The notes beneath the pieces were generated by a model that saw nothing but the letters and a program-made list of their open reading frames with translations, was not told the origin of the DNA and did not search any database. The position numbers and the translations under genes are program-made. This document shows, one piece after another, positions 20,683-31,043 of a stretch of 64,000 nucleotides of DNA. Each line of letters begins with the position of its first letter. The stretch's first letter is position 1. This DNA is from an uncultured Gemmatimonadales bacterium (lineage in GTDB: Bacteria; Gemmatimonadota; Gemmatimonadetes; Longimicrobiales; Longimicrobiaceae): assembly GCA_963701155.1 (NCBI GenBank), contig OY969570.1:4728333-4792332 (forward strand), written 5' to 3'.

Positions 20683-21858
20683 GTGCGGATCCTCTTCGCC
20701 AACGACGGGATCGGAGATGCGGGCGGGGTGCAGTCGTACCTGGCCGCCGTGATCCCGGCGCTGGCCGCCCGGGGGCACGCCGTGGCCCTTCTGCACCGCG
20801 ATCCGCTCGGGGGCTCGCGGTCGCCGGCGCCGCAGGGGGCACCGCACTTCTGTACCGCGGAACGGGGCGTGGACGGAGCGCTCGCGGCGGCGGCGGCGTG
20901 GGGACCGGATGTGGCGTTCTCGCACAACATGGGGCCGCTGGAGGTGGAGCGGGGGCTGCTGGACGCCGGGCCGGTGGTGAAGATGATGCACGGCTACTTC
21001 GGCACGTGCATCGGCGGGCAGAAGGCGCACCTCTTCCCCCGCGCGGAGCCGTGCGGCCGCCGGTTCGGGCCGGGATGCCTGGCGCTCTACCTCCCCCGCC
21101 GCAACGGACCGCTCCGCCTTCCGTACCTCGCGGAGCAGTGGCGTTGGGCCGTGGACCAGAACGCCCTCTTCTCCCGCTACGCCGCCGTGGTGACGGCCAG
21201 CGGCCACATGCGCGCCGAGTACGTGCGCAACGGGGTGCCCGACGCGCGCGCGCACTCCCTCCCGCTCTTCCCCACCATCCCGGCGGTCACGCTCCCCGCC
21301 CCCGCGCCCGCCGGCTTCCGCGCCCTGTTCCTCGGCCGCATGACGCAGCTCAAGGGGGGCGACGTGCTGATCCGCGCGGCGGCGCGGGCGGGCGAGGTTC
21401 TCGGGCGCGCGGTGCCGCTCACCCTGGCCGGCGACGGGCCCCGGCGCGCGGAGTGGGAGGCGCTGGCGCGGAGGCTGGGAGTGGAGGCGGAGTTCACGGG
21501 GTGGGTGGAGGGGGAGGAGCGCCTCGGACTGCTGAGGGGCGCGTCGGTGCTCGTGGTGCCCAGCGTGTGGCCGGAGCCGTTCGGCCTGGTGGGGCTGGAG
21601 GCGGGCTCACAGGGCGTCCCCGCCCTGGCCTTCGACGTGGGCGGCATCGGCGAGTGGCTGGCCGACTGCGTCAACGGCCGCCTGGTGCCGGGCGACCCGC
21701 CGCGCGCGGATGCGCTGGCGGGCGCGCTGGTGTGGGCCGCCACCCACCCCCAGGAGCTCGCCGCATTGCGCGCGGGGGCCCTGGCTGCCGCGCGGCGCCT
21801 GTCGCTGGACGCGCACGTGGGGCGGCTGGAGCGGGTGCTGGGGGGGGCGCGTGGATAG
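20683..21858 (+). CDS. Glycosyltransferase family 4
   Basis: GGVQSY, LKGGD, SVWPEPFGLVGLEA. Confidence 0.9.
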   Translation: MRILFANDGIGDAGGVQSYLAAVIPALAARGHAVALLHRDPLGGSRSPAPQGAPHFCTAERGVDGALAAAAAWGPDVAFSHNMGPLEVERGLLDAGPVVKMMHGYFGTCIGGQKAHLFPRAEPCGRRFGPGCLALYLPRRNGPLRLPYLAEQWRWAVDQNALFSRYAAVVTASGHMRAEYVRNGVPDARAHSLPLFPTIPAVTLPAPAPAGFRALFLGRMTQLKGGDVLIRAAARAGEVLGRAVPLTLAGDGPRRAEWEALARRLGVEAEFTGWVEGEERLGLLRGASVLVVPSVWPEPFGLVGLEAGSQGVPALAFDVGGIGEWLADCVNGRLVPGDPPRADALAGALVWAATHPQELAALRAGALAAARRLSLDAHVGRLERVLGGARG

Positions 21859-22963
21859 CGCCTGGCACCTCGTCACCGGCGAATACCCTCCCGGGGCCGG
21901 CGGGGTGGGGGAGTACACCGCGCTCCTGGCCCGCGCGCTGGCCGGGCGCGGCCGCCCCGTGCACGTCTGGACCCCGGCCGGCACCGGCTCCGGGGACGGA
22001 GTGGAGGTGCACGCGGTGGGGCGGTTCCATGGCCGGGAGCTGCGCCGGCTGGACGCGGCGCTGGAGCGGACTCCCGCGCCGCGCACGCTCCTGGTGCAGT
22101 ACGCGCCGCAGGCGTTCGGGCTGCGGGGGATGAACGTGGCGTTCTGCCGCTGGGTGCTGCGCCGCGCCCGCCGCGGCGACGAGGTGCGGGTGATGTTCCA
22201 CGAGCCGTTCGTCCGGTGGAGCGCCCGCCACCCCCGCCGCAACGTCCTTGCGGCGGCCACGCATGGCATGGCGTGGCTCCTCCTCCGGGCATCGCGCGTG
22301 GCCTATGTCTCCACCCCCGCGTGGGAACGCCTCCTCCGCCCGCTGGCGAGCCGTGCGCGGGGCGCGATGCCATGGCTCCCCATCCCATCCACCGTGCCGC
22401 GGGTGGTGGACGCCGGCGCGGTAGCCGGCCTGCGCCGCCGGCTCGGCGGCGTTCCGGTGGTGGGGCATTTCGGCACGTACGGGGGCCACGTGGCTCCGCT
22501 GCTGGAGAAGGCGCTGCTCGCGACCCTCGCCGCATCGCCCGCGGTGGCGCTCCTGCTGGGCGCCGGGGGACCGGAGTTCGCGGCCCGGCTGGAGCGGGCG
22601 CACCCCACGCTCCGCGGCCGGCTCGTGGCCCCGGGACGGCAGGAGCCCGGGGCGCTGTCCATGCACCTGCAGGCGTGCGACGTGGCCCTCCAACCCTACC
22701 CGGACGGCGTGACCGCGCGCCGTACCACCGCCATGGCCGCGCTCGCCAACGGAGTGGCCCTGGTGTCCATGGACGGCACCTTCACCGAGCCGCTGTGGCG
22801 CGCCTCCGGCGTTCCGCTGGCGGACGGGCCCGCGGCGATGGCCGCCACGGCGCTGCGCCTCCTCGGCGATCCCTCGCTGCGGCGGCGGGCGGCGGCGGAC
22901 GGGCTCGCCCTGTACGAGCGGGAATTCTCTATGGTGCGCACGCTGCGCGCGTTGGAGGGGTGA
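21851..22963 (+). CDS. Glycosyltransferase family 4-like
   Basis: EYPPGAGGVGEYT, HEPF, GHFG, PYPDG...TTAMAALANG. Confidence 0.82.
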   Translation: MDSAWHLVTGEYPPGAGGVGEYTALLARALAGRGRPVHVWTPAGTGSGDGVEVHAVGRFHGRELRRLDAALERTPAPRTLLVQYAPQAFGLRGMNVAFCRWVLRRARRGDEVRVMFHEPFVRWSARHPRRNVLAAATHGMAWLLLRASRVAYVSTPAWERLLRPLASRARGAMPWLPIPSTVPRVVDAGAVAGLRRRLGGVPVVGHFGTYGGHVAPLLEKALLATLAASPAVALLLGAGGPEFAARLERAHPTLRGRLVAPGRQEPGALSMHLQACDVALQPYPDGVTARRTTAMAALANGVALVSMDGTFTEPLWRASGVPLADGPAAMAATALRLLGDPSLRRRAAADGLALYEREFSMVRTLRALEG

Positions 22964-23799
22964 TGAGCGTGGTCCTGGGCGTCAACGCCTTTGCGGCGGG
23001 CGGCGAAGCGGCGGGGCGCCAGGCGCGCGCGCTGGCGGCGTGGACGGCGCTGGAGGGGGTGCGCCTCGTGAACCTCCAGTGGGCGGACGACGTACACGAG
23101 GTCCCGGGCTTCCACACGCTCGCCGTGCTCGCGGAGAGCGCGAGCACGGCGGCGGGGGTGCGCGGGCGCCGGCTTCCCGTGGTGCGCGAGTGCATGGACC
23201 GCCTGGCGGAGCATGCGCGGGCCGTGGGCGCCCACGCCTTCGCGTACGCCAACTCCGATGTCGCCTTCACCCCCGCCGCGGTGGAGCTGATGCAGGCCGG
23301 CGGGCACGATGGATGGGCGTTCAGCCGGATGGACGCCGATCCGGCCACCGGGCGCGAGCTCGGGGTGGTGACGGCGGGGGTGGACGCGGTGGCGGCGCGG
23401 GTCGGGTGGTGGAGCGCGCACCGGCACCGCTTTCGCGCGTACCCCGGCGGCGAGCCGGTGTGGGACAACGTGTATGCCGCGCTGCTCCTGGCGCACGGCG
23501 ACTCCCTCCTCCTCAACCGGGGTGCCTGGGTGCTGCACGAGAGGCACGCTCCCGGCGATTGGCGCGCCAGCCCGTACGCCCGCTACATCCAGTACCTGGC
23601 CGCGCTGGACCGCCCCTACTTCTCCCTCTGGGCGGAGTACCATGCAGCCCTCACGGTCCTTCGCTCGCGCGGGGCGGGAGGCGACGAGGAGCTCCGGCTC
23701 CAGCGCGAAGTCTTCCGCCGCCGTGCCGGCCCGTGGGCGCGCGCTCTCCAGGCCGGGCGCGCCGCGAAAGCCACCGCGCGCTGGATCGCCGCCCGGTGA
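22963..23799 (+). CDS. Hypothetical protein, possible GT-A fold
   Basis: TGATG coupling; YANSDV (NxD) motif, FSRMD, WDN. Confidence 0.65.
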   Translation: MSVVLGVNAFAAGGEAAGRQARALAAWTALEGVRLVNLQWADDVHEVPGFHTLAVLAESASTAAGVRGRRLPVVRECMDRLAEHARAVGAHAFAYANSDVAFTPAAVELMQAGGHDGWAFSRMDADPATGRELGVVTAGVDAVAARVGWWSAHRHRFRAYPGGEPVWDNVYAALLLAHGDSLLLNRGAWVLHERHAPGDWRASPYARYIQYLAALDRPYFSLWAEYHAALTVLRSRGAGGDEELRLQREVFRRRAGPWARALQAGRAAKATARWIAAR

Positions 23800-23864
23800 G
23801 CGGCGGGTACGCGGGGGCGCGGAGCGATGCGTCGGATGCCGCCCCGAGGAGAGAGAGCGGGTCC

Positions 23865-24977
23865 ATGAAGATCCTGCTGGTGGGGGACTACCCGGACGAC
23901 CCGCGGCTGGGCTCGGGCAAGGTGTACCACAAGCTGCGTGAGGAGATCTCGCGGCTGGGCCACACCTGCGACGTGCTGCTGGCACCCCAGCTCGGCCCGC
24001 GCCCGGCGAAGGCGCGGGTGCGCTGGCTCGTGGGCCCGGCGCTGGCGGCGCGCGCCGTGGCGCGGGCGGCTCGCGAGCGGGGCCCCTACGACGTCGTGGA
24101 CGTGGCGAGCGCCGAAGGGGCGCTGCTGGGCCACGGCACGGCCCTCGTGAGCCGGTCGCACGGGCTGGAGCACCTCAACTTCCAGCGGATGGTGGACGAC
24201 CACCGGCACGGGCTGGCGCACAAGCCGTGGTACCGCAGGCTCTGGTACCCCGCCGCGCGCATGAGCCAGGTGGCCCTCGCCGCGCGGCGCGCCGACCGGA
24301 TGATCGTTCTCAATACCGCGGATCGTGACTTCGCCCTGCGCCGCGGCTGGAAACATGCGGACGCGGTGGACCTCATTCCGCACGGGGTGTCGCAGCGCTT
24401 CCTGGACGCGCCGCCTCCGCCGGATGCCCCGCGCGGCGCCGGAGTCCTCTTCTGCGGTAGCTGGGACGGGGTGAAGGGGGTGCACTATCTCGTCCGCGCC
24501 ATGGAGCGGCTGGCCAGGGAGGGACGCGCGCCCCGGCTCACCGTGCTGGGCCCCGGCCTCCCCGCCGAAGCGGTGCTCGCCTCGTTTCCCCCTGGCATGC
24601 GCCGGTACGTGACCGTGATCCCCCGAACGGACGAGGAGTCCGTGATGCGCCACTACCGCGAGCACGACCTCCTGGTGATGCCCAGTACCTACGAGGGATT
24701 CGGAATGGTGGTGGCCGAGGCGATGAGCCAGCGCCTCCCGGTGGTCGCCAGCGCCGTGGGCGGTGCGCCGGCGCTTCTGCGGGGCGGGCACGGCATCCTC
24801 GTTCCCCCGCGCGGCGCGGAAGAGCTCGCCGCCGCCGTGGGGCTGCTGCTGGACGATGAGCCGCTGCGCCGCCGCCTGGGAGACGCGGGGCACGAGCGCG
24901 TCCGCGGGATGAGCTGGACCGAGACCGCCCGGCGCACCCTGGCCTGCTACCGCGCGGCGATGGACGCCCGGCGATGA
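23865..24977 (+). CDS. Glycosyltransferase family 4
   Basis: MKILLVGDY, KGVHYL, YEGFGMVVAEAM. Confidence 0.9.
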   Translation: MKILLVGDYPDDPRLGSGKVYHKLREEISRLGHTCDVLLAPQLGPRPAKARVRWLVGPALAARAVARAARERGPYDVVDVASAEGALLGHGTALVSRSHGLEHLNFQRMVDDHRHGLAHKPWYRRLWYPAARMSQVALAARRADRMIVLNTADRDFALRRGWKHADAVDLIPHGVSQRFLDAPPPPDAPRGAGVLFCGSWDGVKGVHYLVRAMERLAREGRAPRLTVLGPGLPAEAVLASFPPGMRRYVTVIPRTDEESVMRHYREHDLLVMPSTYEGFGMVVAEAMSQRLPVVASAVGGAPALLRGGHGILVPPRGAEELAAAVGLLLDDEPLRRRLGDAGHERVRGMSWTETARRTLACYRAAMDARR

Positions 24978-25687
24978 GTGCCGCGCGGCGGGTTTTGAAC
25001 GCGGCGCGCCGGCGCTTCCCCGCCGCGTACGAGCGCGCGCGCCGCGCGTCCTCGCTCCCTCGCGGCCTCGCCGCATGGTACGCTCAGCGCCTCTTCGGCC
25101 CCGCCGAGGCATACGGCGAGGAGTTCTGGGACTTCCACCAGGGAGGCGATTGGGACGGCTTCGCGCGCGTGCTGCTGGCGCACGCGCCCGCCCGCTCCGT
25201 GCTCGACGTGGGATGTGGGGACGCCAAGCTGCTGGCCGCCGTGCTGCGCGAGGCGCCAGGGACACGCGTGCTCGGGGTCGACGGGTCCCCCGCCGCGCTC
25301 GCCGCGGCGCGGGCGCGCGGCGTCGGGACGCGCGCGCTGGACCTGTCCAGCGTCCCGCATCGCGAAGTGGAAGCGGAGGCGCGCGCGCTGGGGAGCTTCG
25401 ACCTCGCGATCTCGCTCGAAACGGCGGAGCACTTCCCGCCCTGGCACAGCGGCAAGCTGCTGCGGCTGATGGCGTGCGCGCCCGTGGTGGCCTTCTCCGC
25501 GGCGCGTCCGGGGCAGGGCGGGACCCTGCACGTCAACGAGCGCCCCGCGGAGCACTGGGTGCGCCGGTTCCGGCGGCTGGGGTACACCCTCCACCCCCGC
25601 AACGACGGGTTCCGGAGGGCGGTCGCGGAGCTGGACCTCCCGTGGTGGTACGCGGACAACATCAACCTCTTCGTTCGCCGGCCATGA
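24974..25687 (+). CDS. Class I SAM methyltransferase
   Basis: VLDVGCGDA, SLETAEH, PGQGGTLHVNE. Confidence 0.85.
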   Translation: MSAARRVLNAARRRFPAAYERARRASSLPRGLAAWYAQRLFGPAEAYGEEFWDFHQGGDWDGFARVLLAHAPARSVLDVGCGDAKLLAAVLREAPGTRVLGVDGSPAALAAARARGVGTRALDLSSVPHREVEAEARALGSFDLAISLETAEHFPPWHSGKLLRLMACAPVVAFSAARPGQGGTLHVNERPAEHWVRRFRRLGYTLHPRNDGFRRAVAELDLPWWYADNINLFVRRP

Positions 25688-26586
25688 GCGGCCCGGTCAC
25701 CCTGGGGATCGCCACCCGCGACCGGCCCGAAGCGCTGGAGCGGTGCCTCGCCTCGCTGGCGGATCTCACCGGCCTCGTCGCGGAGGTGATCGTGGTGGAC
25801 GACGGCTCCACCCCGCCCGCCGCGGGCCGGGAGCGCGCGCGGGAGGGACCCCCCGTGCGCTTCATCCGCCACGAACGAAGCCGCAGCGTGGCCGCCTGCC
25901 GCAACCGCATCGCGGCGGAAGCGCGCACCCCCTGGGTGCTGAACCTGGACGACGACGCGTTCGTGCTCACCCGCCACGCCGTGGAGCGCGCGGTGCGGGT
26001 GCTGGAGCGTGACCCCACGGTAGCCGCGGTCGCCCTGGCGCAGGCAGACGCACGGGGACGCCCCTACCCGCCCGCCGCCCAGCCCTACCCGGTGGACTAC
26101 CCGGCGTACGTCCCCACCTTCCTGGGCTATGGCTTCCTGGCGCGCCGCCACGCGTTCCTGGAGGTGGGCGGCTTCCGGGCGCGGCTGGGGATCAACGGCG
26201 AGGAGAAGGAGCTGTGCCTCCGGCTGCTCGACCGGGGGTGGCGAGTGGTGTACCTTCCCCACGCGTACGTGGGGCACGTGGCGGCGCACGCCGGGCGCGA
26301 CGCGCGGCGCTACCTGCACCAGACGGTGCGCAACACCACTCTGGGTGCCCTGCTCGACGAGCCCTTTCCGCTGGTGCTGGCCGGGGTGGCGCTGCGGCTG
26401 TACAGCTATTACCCCATGCGGCGCGGGTGGGGGATCGACGACCCGGGCGGAATGCGGGTGCTGCTGCGCGGCCTGGCGCGAGAGCTCCCCGCCGTGCTGC
26501 GCGAGCGGACCCCGGTGCGCTGGGGCACCATCCGCCGGTGGCGCGCCCTCACGCGCGACGAGCTCGAACCCTACCGCGAGCCGTGA
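25684..26586 (+). CDS. Glycosyltransferase family 2
   Basis: IVVDDGS, LNLDDD, GEEKELC; ATGA overlap. Confidence 0.88.
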   Translation: MSGPVTLGIATRDRPEALERCLASLADLTGLVAEVIVVDDGSTPPAAGRERAREGPPVRFIRHERSRSVAACRNRIAAEARTPWVLNLDDDAFVLTRHAVERAVRVLERDPTVAAVALAQADARGRPYPPAAQPYPVDYPAYVPTFLGYGFLARRHAFLEVGGFRARLGINGEEKELCLRLLDRGWRVVYLPHAYVGHVAAHAGRDARRYLHQTVRNTTLGALLDEPFPLVLAGVALRLYSYYPMRRGWGIDDPGGMRVLLRGLARELPAVLRERTPVRWGTIRRWRALTRDELEPYREP

Positions 26587-27722
26587 AGCGCCTCCTCACC
26601 ATCGGGCACAGCTACGTGGTGGCCGCCAACCGGCGCCTGGCGCACGAGATGGCGCTGGCGGGCGCCGGCGGGTGGGAGGTGACGTGCGCCGCCCCCCTCC
26701 GCTACCCCGGCGACCTCCGCCCGGTGGAGCTGGAGCCCATCCCCGGCGAAGCGTGCCGGCTGGTGCCGATTCCCGTGCGTGGCGCGCGCGTCCCGCAGTT
26801 GATGCACTACGGGCGCGGCCTGCGCGCCCTGCTGCGCGAGCCCTGGGACGTCGTCCACTGCTGGCAGGAGCCCTTTGTTCTGGCGGCCGCGCAGGTGGCG
26901 CTCGGTGCCCGGCGCGACGCGGCGCTCGCCGTCGCCACCTTCCAGAACCTCCCCAAGCGGTACCCCCCGCCCTTCGCGCAGATGGAGCGCGCCGTGCTGC
27001 GCCGCGCGGACGGGTGGATCGCCTTCGGGCGCACGGTGGAGGCGACGCTGGCCGCCCGCCCCGGGTACCGCGACCGGCCGCACACCGTGATCCCCCCGGG
27101 AGTCGACGTCACGCGCTTCCGCCCGGACCCCATCGCCCGCCGCGAGATCCATCGCCAGCTCGGGTGGGCGGATGACACCACGCCCGTGGTCGGGTTCCTG
27201 GGGCGCTTCGTGGAAGCCAAGGGAATCGGCGTGCTGACCGAGGCGCTGGGCAGGGTGCGGGCGCCCTGGCGGGCCCTTTTTGTCGGGGGCGGGCCCCTGG
27301 AAGGGGCGCTCCGGGAGATCGCCGCCGCGCGGAGCGGGCAAGTGCGGGTGGTGACGGGGGTTCCGCACGAGCGCGTGCCCGCGTACGTTTCTGCGATGGA
27401 TGTCCTCGCCGCTCCAAGCCTCACCGCGCCGCGGTGGCGCGAGCAGTTCGGCCGGATGCTCACCGAGGCCATGGCGTGTGGCGTCGCGGTGGTGGGAAGC
27501 GACAGCGGCGAGATCCCGCACGTGCTGGGCACCGCGGGGCTCGTGGTGCCCGAAGGGGACGCGAATGCCCTCGCCGTCGCCCTGGGCACCCTGCTGGCCG
27601 ACCCGGCTCTCCGCGCGCGCCTGGCCGCGGCGGGGCACGCCCGAGCCGCGACGGACTTCGCGCTCCCCCGGGTGGCGGCTCGCCACCTCGACTTCTTCGA
27701 GCGCCTTCTCGCCCTCCGATGA
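26583..27722 (+). CDS. Glycosyltransferase family 4
   Basis: GRFVEAKG, WREQFGRMLTEAMACG, DSGEIP. Confidence 0.9.
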   Translation: MKRLLTIGHSYVVAANRRLAHEMALAGAGGWEVTCAAPLRYPGDLRPVELEPIPGEACRLVPIPVRGARVPQLMHYGRGLRALLREPWDVVHCWQEPFVLAAAQVALGARRDAALAVATFQNLPKRYPPPFAQMERAVLRRADGWIAFGRTVEATLAARPGYRDRPHTVIPPGVDVTRFRPDPIARREIHRQLGWADDTTPVVGFLGRFVEAKGIGVLTEALGRVRAPWRALFVGGGPLEGALREIAAARSGQVRVVTGVPHERVPAYVSAMDVLAAPSLTAPRWREQFGRMLTEAMACGVAVVGSDSGEIPHVLGTAGLVVPEGDANALAVALGTLLADPALRARLAAAGHARAATDFALPRVAARHLDFFERLLALR

Positions 27723-28519
27723 ACCGCACCCCAGAGGCATCCTTGCACGGCGACGAGCGGCTGCGCGGCGGCACGTACTCACGCAGGCAGCTCTTCGGCT
27801 CCCTGGGGATGCTGCGCTGGAGCCACGGCTCGCGCTTCCGCGTGGCCCGGCGCCTGGTGGAGCCGCTCGCCGGCGCGCGGCTCCTGGACTACGGGTGCGG
27901 CGACGGCACCTTTCTGGCCCTGGTGCGCGACCTGTTCCCCAGTGCCGTGGGCGCCGAAGCGGACGCGGCCCTGGCCGCGGAAGCATCCACCCGCTTCGCC
28001 GGCGAGCCAGGGCTCCGCTTCGTCCACACCGCCGCGCTCGCGGACGAACCGGCGGGCGGCTTCGGGGCGGCGGTGTGCATGGAGGTGCTGGAGCACTGCA
28101 CGGTGCCCGCGGTGAACGCGGTTGTGGCCGACCTGCGCCGCCTCGTGGCCCCGGGCGGCACCGTGGTCGTGAGCGTTCCGGTGGAGACGGGGCCCACGCT
28201 GCTGGGAAAGCAGCTCGTCCGCGCCCTTGCGGCACGGCGCGGAATGGAGGGGTACGTCCAGCGCGAAACGTACACCGCGGCCGAGATGGCGCGGATGCTC
28301 TTCGCGGGGAGCGATGCCCCCGTCCCGCGCCCCGTCTACCACACCCGCTTCGCCTCGGGCGAGCCGAACGTATACCACGGCCACAAGGGGTTCAACTGGC
28401 GCGCGCTTCGCAGCCGGCTGCAGGCGGACTTCGTGGTGCGCCGCACGCTCTTCTCCCCGGTCTACTTTGCCGGGCCGCTCCTCAACAGTCAGGCATGGCT
28501 CATCCTGACGCCCCGGTGA
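27719..28519 (+). CDS. Class I SAM methyltransferase
   Basis: LLDYGCGDG, CMEVLEH, PGGTVVVSVP. Confidence 0.87.
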   Translation: MNRTPEASLHGDERLRGGTYSRRQLFGSLGMLRWSHGSRFRVARRLVEPLAGARLLDYGCGDGTFLALVRDLFPSAVGAEADAALAAEASTRFAGEPGLRFVHTAALADEPAGGFGAAVCMEVLEHCTVPAVNAVVADLRRLVAPGGTVVVSVPVETGPTLLGKQLVRALAARRGMEGYVQRETYTAAEMARMLFAGSDAPVPRPVYHTRFASGEPNVYHGHKGFNWRALRSRLQADFVVRRTLFSPVYFAGPLLNSQAWLILTPR

Positions 28520-29610
28520 CGCGCGTAGGCGTGGTCGCGGACTTTCTGGAGGAGCGCTGGCCCAGCATGGACCTGGCCGCGGAGCTCACCGTGCGCGCGC
28601 TGCGGCGCGGCCCCTTCTCCCCCGTGCTGCTGCGGCCGGCTATGCCCCGCCTGGGCGCCCCCCACAACGTGGAGCGCTACGTGGGGCGGTACGCCGTGTA
28701 CCCGCGCTGGCTGCGGCGCATGCGCGGCGGGGCGGACCTCTTCCACGTGATCGACCACAGCTACGCGCACCTGGTGCACGCCCTTCCCGCGGCGCGCACC
28801 GTGGTCACCTGCCACGACCTGGACGCGTTCCGCTCCGTGTCCGGCGCGGAGCGGGAAGCACGCCCTCTGTGGTTCCGGTGGACGATGCGGCGCGTGCTCG
28901 CCGGGCTGCGCAGGGCGGCCCACGTGGTGTGCGACAGCCGGGCCGTACGCGACCAACTGGCGGCCGGCGGCCTGGTTCCCGCCGGACGCTCTTCCGTGGT
29001 GCCGCTTCCGGTGCACCCGGACTTCGGCCCGGCGCCCGACGCCCGCGCCGACGCGCGCGCCGCGGAGCTCCTGGGCCCGCGGGGCCAGCCCGAGCTGCTG
29101 CACGTGGGCGCCAACGTCCCGCGCAAGCGCATCCCGTTCGTGCTGGAGGCGGCGGCCGCCGTGCGGGAGCGCCGTCCGGGAGCGCGCCTGGTGCGTGTGG
29201 GAGGCGCGCTTACGGCGGAGCAGCGGGAACGCGCGGAGCGGCTGGGGCTCTCCGTGGCGGAGCTCCCGCCGCTGGAGCGCCCGGTGCTCGCCGCCGTCTA
29301 CCGCCGCGCCCACGCCCTCCTGCTCCCCTCGGAGCGCGAGGGGTTCGGGTGGCCGGTGCTGGAGGCGATGGCGTGCGGCACCCCGGTGGTGGCCTCCAGC
29401 GCCCTCCCCACCGTGCGCGACACCGGCGGGGATGCGGTGCTCTATGCATCTCCGGGCGACGCGCGCGCCTGGGCGGACGCGGTGGATCTGCTGCTCGGCG
29501 GCGCCGCTCCGCCCGCCGCCGCCCTGCGCCGCGCCGCGGGCTTCTCGGTCGCGGCGTACGCGGCGGGGCTGGCGGAAGTGTACGGGCGCGTGCTGCGGGC
29601 GGTGGGGTGA
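28516..29610 (+). CDS. Glycosyltransferase family 4
   Basis: PRKRIP, EGFGWPVLEAMACG. Confidence 0.9.
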   Translation: MTRVGVVADFLEERWPSMDLAAELTVRALRRGPFSPVLLRPAMPRLGAPHNVERYVGRYAVYPRWLRRMRGGADLFHVIDHSYAHLVHALPAARTVVTCHDLDAFRSVSGAEREARPLWFRWTMRRVLAGLRRAAHVVCDSRAVRDQLAAGGLVPAGRSSVVPLPVHPDFGPAPDARADARAAELLGPRGQPELLHVGANVPRKRIPFVLEAAAAVRERRPGARLVRVGGALTAEQRERAERLGLSVAELPPLERPVLAAVYRRAHALLLPSEREGFGWPVLEAMACGTPVVASSALPTVRDTGGDAVLYASPGDARAWADAVDLLLGGAAPPAAALRRAAGFSVAAYAAGLAEVYGRVLRAVG

Positions 29611-30716
29611 CGCGCAGGCTACGGGTCCTCCACGTGGGCAAGTTCTACCCGCCGTACCTGGGCGGGATGGAATCGCACCTGGAGCTGCTCTGCCAGTCCA
29701 CCCGCGCCGAGGTGGACATCCAGGTGCTGGTGAGCGACGCGGGCCCACGCACGGTGCGCGAGGTGGTCGACGGCATCCCCGTGACCCGGGTGGGCACGCG
29801 GGCGAGAGTAGCCTCCAGCTCGTTCTGCCCGGGAATGGCGGCGGAAATCCGCCGCGCCAGAGCGGACGTGGTGCACTTCCACCACCCCAATCCGCTGGCG
29901 GCGTTGTCCTATCTGGCCGCGCGGGTCGGTGGGCGGCTGGTGGTGACGTACCACAGCGACATCATCCGCCAGCGCGTGCTGGGCGCCCTGCTGTCCCCGC
30001 TCCACCGCGCCCTCCTCGCCCGCGCGGACGCCATCATCGCCAGCTCCCCGCAGTACGCCGCGTCGTCGCCGGTGCTGCGGGCCCACGCCGGGCGTGTGCG
30101 CGTCGTTCCCTTCGGCATCGACGTCGCGGCCATGCGCCGCGTGGATCCGGCCGAGGTCGCGCGCGTGCGGGCGGAGCACGGCCCGCGGATCGTGCTGGCG
30201 GTGGGGCGCCTCGTGGAGTACAAGGGATTGGAGGTCCTCATCCGCGCCATGCGCGGTCTGGACGCGCGGCTGCTGGTGGCCGGGTCGGGGCCTCTGGGCG
30301 GCGCGCTTGCCCGGCAGGCGCGGCGCGACGGCGTGGAGGACCGGGTCAGGTTCCTGGGCGCTGTCCCGGACGTGCGCCCTCTGTACCACGCCGCCGACGT
30401 TTTCACCCTTCCGTCGGTAGCGCGCAGCGAGGCGTTCGGCATCGTGCAGTTGGAGGCGATGGCGTGCGGTGTCCCCGTGGTGAACACGATGCTCGACAGC
30501 GGTGTACCATTCGTCTCTCCTCACGGGGTGACGGGGCTCACCGTGCCTCCCGGCGATCCCGGGGCCCTGGCGGCCGCCCTCGACATACTCCTGGACGACC
30601 CCGTGCTGCGCCATCGCATGGGCGAAGCGGGCCGCCACCGCGTGGAAACGGTGCTGTGCGCCCGGCGCATGGCCACCGAGACCGTGGCGCTGTACCGCGA
30701 GCTGGCCGGCCGCTGA
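29607..30716 (+). CDS. Glycosyltransferase family 4
   Basis: GKFYPPYLGGME, GRLVEYKG, SEAFGIVQLEAMACG. Confidence 0.92.
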   Translation: MTRRLRVLHVGKFYPPYLGGMESHLELLCQSTRAEVDIQVLVSDAGPRTVREVVDGIPVTRVGTRARVASSSFCPGMAAEIRRARADVVHFHHPNPLAALSYLAARVGGRLVVTYHSDIIRQRVLGALLSPLHRALLARADAIIASSPQYAASSPVLRAHAGRVRVVPFGIDVAAMRRVDPAEVARVRAEHGPRIVLAVGRLVEYKGLEVLIRAMRGLDARLLVAGSGPLGGALARQARRDGVEDRVRFLGAVPDVRPLYHAADVFTLPSVARSEAFGIVQLEAMACGVPVVNTMLDSGVPFVSPHGVTGLTVPPGDPGALAAALDILLDDPVLRHRMGEAGRHRVETVLCARRMATETVALYRELAGR

Positions 30717-30791
30717 ACGGTTCTTCCGGCTGGGCTCCCCCGGAACACGATCTCATACGGAATCCGGATGGACCGGTGCTGTCGCGGCATC

Positions 30792-30908
30792 GCCGGGGGT
30801 TGAAACCCCCGGCTGGAACCACGGGAAGCCTGCTGAAGCATCGTGTGGGTCCGGCTACCGAGCCCGCTTCAGCGGGCTTCCCGTCTCCCCAGCGGGGGCT
30901 TCAGCCCC
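30792..30908. repeat. REP/BIME-like composite hairpin element (GCTGAAGC type)
   Basis: GCCGGGGGTTGAAACCCCCGGC hairpin; ACGGGAAGCCTGCTGAAGC pairs with GCTTCAGCGGGCTTCCCGT; GGGGCTTCAGCCCC. Confidence 0.6.
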
Positions 30909-31043
30909 TCGTGGCGGAGGCGCACCGATTCCAGCGGATTCGATCTCACGTCGAAACGAGGTGAACGAAGTCCTTCCCTCTGCGGCACCCGGCCGACGCT
31001 CGCTTCTTCACGCCGCGGACGCGGTTCTCAAAGGACCTGTCTC

